Source of the DNA: Candidatus Marinacidobacterales bacterium
Lineage (GTDB): Bacteria; Acidobacteriota; Vicinamibacteria; Marinacidobacterales; DATDRI01
Assembly (NCBI GenBank): GCA_965219415.1
Contig: CBDCNP010000002.1
Location: forward strand, 4,128,001-4,192,000
Direction: 5' to 3'
DNA: 64,000 bases
Under the pieces are notes generated by a model, which was not told where the DNA came from, searched no databases, and worked only from the letters and a program-made list of their open reading frames with translations. Numbering within the stretch: the first letter of the stretch is position 1; every line of letters begins with the position of its first letter. The translations under genes were made by a program, and so were the position numbers. Shown one piece after another: positions 55,849-64,000 of the stretch.

Positions 55849-56400
55849 CTACGACGTAGTCTTCGCCGCCGGCGCGTGCTGCGCCATGCGCTCCTGCATC
55901 TGTCGGGTGAGATGCGGCACCAGACCGATCATGCGCTGAAGCAGCATGAGTTGACCGCGGTGGTGCATCTCGTGCTCCTTTGGTGACAGGAGCATCTCGA
56001 AACGCGTCTTGGTCGCAGGCTCCGCGCCGGGGGGCATCGCGACGGGTTCCGCAAGAAACTCATCCGACAGGCCCTCGAGGAACGACGCGAAAGCCTCTCC
56101 CTGTGATTTGAGGTAGGTGATCGTTTCTGCTTTGGTCCGCGGCTTGGCCTCTTCCGCGCTGAACTTCTGGAACAGCTCCATGAAGTTCACGTCCTTGAGG
56201 TCGGTGACCTTGTTGCGCTGGATATAGTCCTGAAACCCGGTGCTCACCGCGATGTGGGCCAGGGTGGCACCGATGCTGCGCGTGTCGGGACTCGCCTGGA
56301 ATCCGTACTTGTCCCCAGGAATGTCCTCGGCGGTCTGAATGGTGTTGCCGCGAACCTGGCGAAAGCTTCGTGCCAGGTCCTTGCCTCCGTAGTGCGTCAT
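55849..56400 (-). CDS. DinB family protein
   Basis: RSIG.TLAHI, EHEMHHRGQL....R.IG.VP. Confidence 0.88.
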   Translation of the reverse strand: MTHYGGKDLARSFRQVRGNTIQTAEDIPGDKYGFQASPDTRSIGATLAHIAVSTGFQDYIQRNKVTDLKDVNFMELFQKFSAEEAKPRTKAETITYLKSQGEAFASFLEGLSDEFLAEPVAMPPGAEPATKTRFEMLLSPKEHEMHHRGQLMLLQRMIGLVPHLTRQMQERMAQHAPAAKTTS

Positions 56401-56682
56401 TGCGATGTTTCCTCCGATTTCGATATCAGGATCTACTCAAGCTGGCTCGACAGCAGTCGCTGTCGGGTCAGCTCGATGTGCTGCTCCTCGTCGTGGCTGG
56501 CGACAATCACCAGCTCGGGCTCGGTGCGTGACAGCTCGTTCAACCGGGATTTCCATTTTGGCCGTCCTGGTCGGTACCGTTATACACCAAGCGACCTTCC
56601 GCGTGGGCCGGGTGTGTTCGTGGCCGTTTGGTCAAAATACTCGAACGCCAGCGGGTCAGCAGTTTGCATCTTTCCAAAGGCC

Positions 56683-56829
56683 TGTGCCTTCTATTTATTC
56701 ATCCGCCAGCCCATGGGTCGGAAGTCAGCCCTGCGGCGCGAAATACCCTAGATTCTGCGCGGATTCCAAGGGCGTCTAAGCTGCTGATTTGTGGTCTATT
56801 TCTAAAGGGCCGAGTTTTGGCACAGGACG
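56683..56829. repeat. chimeric linker B' + A
   Basis: Inverted copy of 42774-42921; followed by an IS3 scrap (PEHIRSDNGPEF) and a partial F end. Confidence 0.88.
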
Positions 56830-57046
56830 GGGTCCCGGAACATATTCGCTCCGATAACGGCCCGGAGTTTACGGCCGCGGCTGTCCAAGAACACAAACGA
56901 ACTCAAGCCCCGCGCGCCGGGATGTTTCGGATTAGAGTGGTCTAGGCTTGGTTTGGCAATGGAAGCTAGAATCCTCGGTCATGAGGACGCCGATCCAGCC
57001 CTGGACCCTTGCGCGCCTCGCGTCCTGACAGTACTCGCGAAACGTC

Positions 57047-58075
57047 TCACCTGTCGAACATACCGCCGATCCCGCCAAGCCCACCCAGCACGGAGCCCTC
57101 TCCCCTGCCGCCCGTGCCCGTCTGAGGAGCGGCTTCGTGAATGCGCCCCGCAAGTCGGCTGAACGGAAGTGACTGCAACCACACGGTGCCCGGCCCCGTC
57201 AGGCTGGCGAAGAAAAAGCCTTCACCGCCGAAGATGGCGGATTTGATGCCTCCGACAAATTCAATTTCATAACTTACGGTCGGCTCAAGGGCCACGAGAC
57301 ACCCGGTGTCGACCCTTAGGTTCTCTCCCGCCCCCAGCTGCTTTTCAGCGATCGTGCCGCCAGCATGGAGAAAGGCGAGGCCGTCACCTTCAAGGCTCTG
57401 CATGATGAAGCCTTCACCCCCGAAAAGCGCGACACCGATCTTCTTCTGGAAGGCGATGCTGATCGCAACGCCCTTCGCCGCGCACAAGAAGGCGTTCTTC
57501 TGGCAGATGAGGCGTCCTCCCATGCGATTGAGATCGGCGGGCAGGATCTTACCCGGATGGGGAGCGGCGAAGGCGACGTGTTGTTTTCCCAAACCATGGT
57601 TCACGAATTCAGTGATGAACAAGCTCTCACCGGTGAGCACTCGCTTGCCTGCGCCAAGGAGCCGATCCATGAGGCCTCCGCCAGAGGACGAGCCGTCGCC
57701 AAAGATAGTGCTCATCTGGATTCCCGACGTCATGTACATCATGGCCCCGGCTTCCGCGACTGCGCCTTCACCCGGGTCGAGTTCGATCTCGACAAACTGC
57801 ATCTCGGAGCCCACAATGTTGTAGTCCACCTCGTGTGCTCGCCGTCCTGACTCCGTAGGCAGCGCGGGTAGAGCTCCGGCTCCATCCCTACCCGAAAAGA
57901 TATCCGAGAGTTCGGTGATCTCGCTCGCCGCGACCCAGCCCGACATGCCTTGTTTGAAAACCAGCGTTTCCTGGTTGTACTCACCGGAGCGAAAGCCGCT
58001 GACGAGCTCGAGCTTCGTCATCGGGCCGATACTTTGGCCTCCGACGGCGACGTGCCACTCCTTCGCCTCTGTCAT
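57047..58075 (-). CDS. TIGR00266/AIM24 family protein with N-terminal GYF_2-like domain
   Basis: W.VA..GQ.IGP...GM.GW; AEAGAMMYM, FGGEGF, GPG.VWLQSLP. Confidence 0.85.
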   Translation of the reverse strand: MTEAKEWHVAVGGQSIGPMTKLELVSGFRSGEYNQETLVFKQGMSGWVAASEITELSDIFSGRDGAGALPALPTESGRRAHEVDYNIVGSEMQFVEIELDPGEGAVAEAGAMMYMTSGIQMSTIFGDGSSSGGGLMDRLLGAGKRVLTGESLFITEFVNHGLGKQHVAFAAPHPGKILPADLNRMGGRLICQKNAFLCAAKGVAISIAFQKKIGVALFGGEGFIMQSLEGDGLAFLHAGGTIAEKQLGAGENLRVDTGCLVALEPTVSYEIEFVGGIKSAIFGGEGFFFASLTGPGTVWLQSLPFSRLAGRIHEAAPQTGTGGRGEGSVLGGLGGIGGMFDR

Positions 58076-58723
58076 GTCATAGCTCCTGTCTTCTTGTACG
58101 TGCGAACGGCGAGTATAGCAGATGGTAGTGACGCGCTTGCCGCGGTGCTTCCACCATCACGTGTTGGCGGCCGCCGCATAACCCCGCTGCAACTAGTGGT
58201 GGTGCTTGCTCCGTTTACTGTTGCCGGCTCGTCCACATCGTCGTGTGAGGACGGCATTTATGCACAGTTTTGCGCAAGCTCAAGTCTGGTGACGTTAAAA
58301 TCTGATGTAACCTATTGCACTACAAAGTTTTCCCCTCATGCCCTCCCTCTTGCCGAGGCCGAAAAGAACGGGCGCTCTCGACCCTGCTGGCGGCGCACCC
58401 TGCGGCTTGAGCTCGTTTGTGTCTTTGGACACGACGGGCTCAGCAGTTCCATTGCGACACCTCCTCGTATTCCTCAAGGGTTCGAGTCTCGACCGTCACA
58501 CGCTCCCACAACCCTTGATGGTGTGCTGGGACGGTACTCCAGCCCTGCGAGACTTCCTTCAGGCGATGGGTCGCGACCTAGATCTACCATGAACGCCTGC
58601 TTCGCGCCGAGCGACCCGACGACGTCACCGGCGTCTTATGAACGTGGAAAGGCTCGCTCTTGGCGACGACCGTGTCCAGCGAGTGACCGTTCCCAAAGAG
58701 GGCATCCACGTTGCAGTACTTGT

Positions 58724-58926
58724 GGTGCTTCCGCCATTAAGTGTTGGTGAGATGACGCTAAGACTTTACGGTGCATTAAATTACAGCCAAAATAGCGTTC
58801 GTGACCTTTGCTTCGCGCTAAATGGAGCGTAAGCGCCTTTTTTGCAAAGGGATGCGTACACATCACCAACAGCAAACAGCGCAAGCACCGGCCTATTTCA
58901 AAAGGGCCGAGTTTTGGCACAGGACG
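58724..58926. mobile_element. MITE C1 (58724-58889) plus end A remnant
   Basis: ggtgctt...aagcacc, then ggcctatttc...caggacg. Confidence 0.85.
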
Positions 58927-59436
58927 GGATCGAGACCAGACCTACGGAGCGTACTTCGATACTCGCGTCGACGGCCTCGGGATAGAGCAGGTCCTTACCG
59001 CACCGCGCTCCCCGTGGCAGAATCCATTTGTCGAAAGGATGATCGGCTCCATTCGACGTGAGTGTCTCGACCACGTGATCGTCCTTGATGAGCAGCACCT
59101 GAGGCGAATCCTACGCGAATACGTCGACTACTATCATTCGTGCCGGACTCATTTGTCGCTTGAGAAGGACGCGCCTGAGCCTCGCCGGGTAGAGTCACCG
59201 GCGATGGGCAAAGTGAGAGCCATTCCAAAGGTCGGTGGTCTCCATCATCATTACACTCGACGCGCTGCTTGAGTCCGATCCGCTCGGAACGGCTGCCGGA
59301 CTTCGCACCAGCTTACACCTCTACCCCTGAGTAGAGCCGACGCCGGCTCTTAAAACGTCCTACATGAAGACGACCAAAGCATTCCGGTTGCAGGAAGTTC
59401 GCCAATCTCATACAGCTCGAGTTTATGGAAGGGACA
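58927..59436 (+). mobile_element. element B 3' half with right end
   Basis: Near-identical to the reverse complement of 27920-28430. Confidence 0.85.
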
Positions 59437-59864
59437 ACCGAGACAACAGCCGGGTCGGCTACAAACTCGACTTCTATCGGGCTGTGTTCGACCGGGCGCA
59501 GCAACTGCGGCGCCGATGTCCAGTGCTCGTGATCGGGGATTTCAACACCGCGCACCGCGAGATCGACCTCGCTCGCCCGAAATCCAATGTCAAGAACAGC
59601 GGGTTCCTCCCCGAGGAGCGGGTCGAGCTCGACCGCTGGCTCGAAGCGGGCTGGGTGGACACCTTTCGCGCCCTGCATCCCGACCAGCCGGACCATTACA
59701 CTTGGTGGCGGCAGTGGAGCGGCGCGCGCGAGCGGAACGTCGGGTGGCGGATCGACTACGTCCTCGCGTCGCCGAGCGCGATGGAACGGTTGAAGGACGC
59801 CTTCATCTGGCCCAACGAGCGGGGCTCCGACCACTGCCCAGTCGGTGTCGACATCGACCTCTAG
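59437..59864 (+). pseudogene. xth: exodeoxyribonuclease III C-terminal half
   Basis: GDFNTAH.EIDLA, GFLPEER, YTWW, NVGWRIDY, SDHCPV. Confidence 0.85.
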
Positions 59865-59886
59865 GAAGGCAGTACGGAGAAGCGCG

Positions 59887-59930
59887 GTAGGGTCGAGGGC
59901 TGGCGCGGTGCTCCGTAGGCGCGGCCTATC
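59887..59930 (-). mobile_element. group II intron 3'-end remnant
   Basis: gtagggtcgagggctggcgcggtgctccgtaggcgcggcctatc, identical to 27315 onward. Confidence 0.6.
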
Positions 59931-59931
59931 T

Positions 59932-60295
59932 CGTTGTGTCCAAAAACACAAACGAACTCAAGATCGGCGCGCCGGGGCCGTTTCGATCGTCATCAACCCG
60001 TGGCGAGCCCCAGATCTGGGGGTCGGAGACGATGTCGGCGATTCGAGTTCCCCGTACGCGCAGGAAACACCGTCCAGCAAGGGGATGCCACGCTCCCGAG
60101 CGGAAACTTGGGTCCAGGCCCGGGCCGCACCTGGACCAGAACGTGCTAGCCCGCTGCGCCGCGGTAGCCCCGGCCTCGATTCTAGGTCCTCTAGAGACGA
60201 GAGCGGGAACCAACGACGAAATCATGCCGGCATGGTGCCGGCAGACCGGAGACTAATCAAGTTCGGTGCGCGCGGATGAATAAATAGAAGGCACA
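59932..60295. repeat. linker: end F plus outward-facing end B
   Basis: cgttgtgtccaaaaac...atagaaggcaca. Confidence 0.7.
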
Positions 60296-60485
60296 GGTGT
60301 GCCTTCTTCACATTCGTCATTGTCCGAGCCTGATAATCGACGCTATGGCGCCGGGGTGAACCCGCAACGAATCCAGCTGCAGGCAGTGCTTGGAAAATTC
60401 ATCGATCCGGTTTCGTTCACACCGTATGACTGTGTCTCCGCCTTCCTCCGATAAGCCGCCGCACTGTGCAAGGATCGGGGTGCGG

Positions 60486-60824
60486 TCAGAACAAATTCAT
60501 GGAAGCCTTACGGGAGTTCTGGATCGGGATGAGCTGATCGAAGCCGCTGATCATGAAAACTTCATGGATGTGCTCATGCATGTCGCACAGGACGAGCTTC
60601 CCCTGGGTTGCGCTGAGCTTCTTGGCCGCGATGAGAAGCACCCTCAGGCCGGAACTACTGATGAAGTTCAGACGGCTGAAATCGACGATCAAGCGCTGTT
60701 CGCCTTTGCTGATGTGATCCATGACGATGGATTCGAATGCGCGTGCGTTCGTGCTATCGAGCCGGTCGACCGGCAACAGCACCAAGACGTCGTTGTCTCG
60801 TTCTTCAACAACTTCAATGTTCAT
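60486..60824 (-). CDS. STAS-domain anti-sigma factor antagonist
   Basis: RLDS, DFS.LNFISSSGLRVLL, EVF.ISG. Confidence 0.9.
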   Translation of the reverse strand: MNIEVVEERDNDVLVLLPVDRLDSTNARAFESIVMDHISKGEQRLIVDFSRLNFISSSGLRVLLIAAKKLSATQGKLVLCDMHEHIHEVFMISGFDQLIPIQNSRKASMNLF

Positions 60825-60872
60825 CGATACGCCTCTTCCTCGGGTCGGGAGCGATTCCCGACGGTGTTATTG

Positions 60873-61298
60873 CTATGCGGGCTTGAGATCGTGCTCCAAG
60901 GTCAAACGGTTCTTGCCCCCCACGAACTCGTAGGAGATGCGGCTGGCGAAGTTCTTGACCAGATGGAGGCCCAAGCCGCCCACGTTACGAGCTTCCAGCG
61001 GCGCCGCGGTGTCCGGGTCTGTGTTGAGGGTCGGGTCGAACGGACTCCCATTGTCCTCCATCGTTAGGATCAGGATATCGCACTTGACCTTCAAGTGGAT
61101 ATCGATCCTGGGATCGACCCCGGCCTCGAAGCTGCCGTGAGTCACGGTGTTCGTGATTAACTCGTCCAGTTCCAGGTTGATGGCGAAAACTTTCAGTGCG
61201 GGCACGTTATTGGCCTCTCCGAAATCTTCAACCATGGTCGCCAGATCGCGGAGCTCGGACAGCCGGACGGGTAGTGTGACACGTAATTCATCAGACAT
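60873..61298 (-). CDS. RsbW-like anti-sigma kinase (HATPase_c_2)
   Basis: LDELITN...H, EDNG.PFDP, GGLGLHLV. Confidence 0.9.
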   Translation of the reverse strand: MSDELRVTLPVRLSELRDLATMVEDFGEANNVPALKVFAINLELDELITNTVTHGSFEAGVDPRIDIHLKVKCDILILTMEDNGSPFDPTLNTDPDTAAPLEARNVGGLGLHLVKNFASRISYEFVGGKNRLTLEHDLKPA

Positions 61299-61395
61299 AG
61301 TGTTGGTTGCTCCTTGACGATTTAAGCCGTTCTAACCTCCACAGCATTCCGCGTGCGATCACGCAGGGAAACGAACCTTCACGATTCCGTGAAGC

Positions 61396-63412
61396 TCAGC
61401 GGCGCCGCAGGACGAGGCAGGTCATGTCGTCGTCGGCCGCGGTGCCGGCCGAGAAGTTTCCGATCCGGTCCCAGACATTGTTCACGATGTGCTCCGGCGA
61501 TTGCCGCGAAGAACCGTCCAGCGTTCCCTCCAGCCGCTCCTTGCCGAACAGCTCGCCGTTGCCGTTCGTGGCGTCGGTGAGGCCGTCGGTATACATGAAC
61601 AGTGTTTCTCCCGGCTGAAGGACCTCATGTCCGCTCAAGTAGTCAAAGTCCTCCAACAAACCCATCGCGAGTCCGCCGGTCAGGGCGAGCGCCCGCCTGG
61701 AGTCGTCGGCGCCTATCACAAATGGGGGCTCGTGCCCGGCGCAGACGTAGTCGACCGCGCCGTTTTCGAGGTTGACCATGGCGAGCATGCAGGTGACGAA
61801 CATACCCATCGGGTTCTGGCTGCACAGACGGCGGTTCGTGTCCTCGGCGATCGCGGCGACCTCGGCGGCAATCGTGGCGATATCGGCGCGCCCGAGGAAA
61901 GCGGACTTGACCGCCGACTGGGACGCCGCCATGAACAGGGCCGCGGCCACCCCCTTGCCCGAGACGTCGCCGATGGTGAAGAACAGCATCCCGTCCGACG
62001 GCCCCACGACATCGACGAAATCGCCACCCACTTGCTTCGCCGGAGTCATCCGCGCGTAGGCGGAGAAGGGGCCCAACTCGGCGCCCCCTTCCCGCACCAA
62101 AGCGTGCTGCACGAGCTTCGCCATCGTCAGATCCCTCTTCCATGGCTTCATGTGCCATGCGCAATTGATGGTTGCTATGTTGCAGCTCCCGGGTCCTTTC
62201 CGAAACCAGCGTCTCGAGCTGTTCCTCGCGGTTGAAGACCTGGACCGTCATGTCGCTGAAGACGCGCGCCAGGCTGCCGATCTCGTCGGATCTGCGCATC
62301 ACCGGTTCCATGACGCCGGAATCGGGTTGTTCTCCGGTTTCCACCTGCCGAGCGGCGTCGGCGATGATTTCGATCGGATGCGTCAGCAATCGCGAGCCGA
62401 AGAGCGCAGCCACGGCGGTGAGACCGAGCAGCGCGAACGCAATCAGGGTTGTGTTTCGCGCTTCGCCGCGCACCGCGAGCGCGATGTCGTCTAGACTGAC
62501 GGCAACGGCCAGGCCGCCGATCAGGATCCCACCGGTGTTGACGATCGGGGATGCGACCACGATGCCGCGGTCATCGGGTGAGAACAGACTCAGACTCGCC
62601 CTGCTGACCACGCTTTCCTGGGCCAGCGCATTTTCCATGATCCCTTCGCCGCGGCGCTCGAAGATCCCCGCCGTGTCGACGATCTCGTCACCGGTTTGCA
62701 TCTCGGCGCGCGGCGCAACCGCGGCCAGCTCACCCTCGAGATTGACGATCCAGAGCGCCTGGAGGTTTCGGGAACGGACCAGGATGTCGGCCTGCTGCTG
62801 GTAGACCGAGTAGAGCAGGTTGCCCGCACTGCTTTCGATGGGCACGCCGACCTGGATCAGGCGCGACGAGTCCCGGCTGGCCCTTGTGACGTACTTGTAG
62901 ACGGTGCCGTCGGAGGCGCGCGGCGATGTCGGGTGCTCGGCCACCGGCTCCAACCCGTCCAGCAGGGCGCCGAGGTCCTCGAAATGCGGCGTGTCGGCCA
63001 GAGACCGGTCCGCCCCGCCGGGAGGGAAATTGGAATAGATTGTGCCGCGCCTGGAGTCGACGATGCGAATCTCTCCGATGGTGGTGGTGTCGACGATGCG
63101 CCGCAGCCGGAGGTCGATCTCTTCGGTCGTCCACTCGGCCGCCTCCGCGGTGGAAATAAAGTAATCCAGAATCGTGGTCTGCACGGTCATGTGCTGGCCC
63201 AGGATACCTTCGATCACGGCCGAGACGTCAGGTCGCTGCGAGGCATAGACATTCCTCAGGAGCTCCTGATCGCCGAACACCAGAGCATCCCCGACTTGCA
63301 CGATCCTCGGCTGGTCGACGCCGCCGACGCCGACGTACTTGAAAACCTGTTGGTCGATCTCCCGCACCTGCGCCGGCTGCGTGATGAAGTCATCGCCGTC
63401 GAGGGGCGCCAT
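61396..63412 (-). pseudogene. SpoIIE/RsbU PP2C phosphatase with sensor and HAMP domains; frameshift near 62140, N-terminus missing
   Basis: RSDEIGSLA..F; VGGDF, IGDVSGKG, AGH, YTDG, DDMT. Confidence 0.82.
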
Positions 63413-63840
63413 TGCCGAGCGTGTAAGCTCCGGCCGGTTGATTCAGCGCAGTGATTCTCTCGGGCTTCGTGGTCATGTCGATCGACGAGGCAACTGAATC
63501 ACCGCAGGCATTAGTAGCTAATACGAGCGCGCACGTGCATCTCCCGGGCGTGATCGTCATGTCGAGGTTGTTCGTAGCGAACGTCCAATCGACGATCGCC
63601 TCGATATCGCCGGTGGCGCTGGTGTTGGAACTCGATGAACTCGACGAAATCGCACTGTACGCCAGTCTGAAAGGCCGTAAGCATGGTCCCGATCTGGAAG
63701 CTGCCTTCCGCAATAACGGTACTAACTCGGGCAGGCGGTCCCGTAGGACTTGAGCCGCTTGAACCGCCGTCCCCGCAGCCTACAAGCGGGAGCCATGCCA
63801 GGAATACCGCAATCACAGGAAGGGCTTTGCGGCGCGGCAT
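63413..63840 (-). pseudogene. putative lipoprotein, frameshifted or truncated
   Basis: MPRRK..LVGC lipobox with a Gly/Ser linker; continues in another frame. Confidence 0.4.
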
Positions 63841-64000
63841 ACTGAACCCCTTTTCTTCAGTCTTGGTGTCTCTACGGGAGCGTCTTTGCGAAGTCAATGA
63901 CATCGGGTTTTCCTTTCTGCAGAGCGGTAAGTAGCCCGGCTAGAACTTGATCCGGATACCGCCTCCTACCCGAAATCCACCAGCATCGACGGCGAGGATG

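Overview
GC-rich bacterial DNA; the CarboxypepD_reg TonB receptors and amidohydrolases suggest Acidobacteriota (low confidence). The window is not an ordinary chromosome segment. It is a mosaic of roughly 30 short unrelated gene blocks: glnA, amtB, a tctABC-prpD-SDR-tcuA' operon, two TonB-dependent receptors, 1-Cys peroxiredoxin, higBA, DinB, AIM24, an rsb-like cluster, and fragments of recD2, xth, htrA, a sulfatase and tonB. Most blocks are bounded, or cut, exactly at short recurrent IS termini. I label these end A (cgtcctgtgccaaaactc, 18 copies), end B (tgtgccttctatttattc, 11 copies), end C (IS1-family ggtgcttccgcc), end D (tgtgctccgcaaaaa) and end F (cgtcgtgtccaaaaa). Several linkers are chimeras of two different outward-facing ends that recur as diverged copies without target duplications. 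Also present: a complete IS1, two IS3, an IS256, an IS1111 inserted in an IS1 TIR with matching guide sequences in its non-coding region, a probable Sec-containing rhodanese lipoprotein, a 40-bp palindromic micro-MITE, a CRISPR remnant, an integron-like cassette and three group II intron 3' ends. All calls come from manual motif reading with no database search; repeat counts are by eye.
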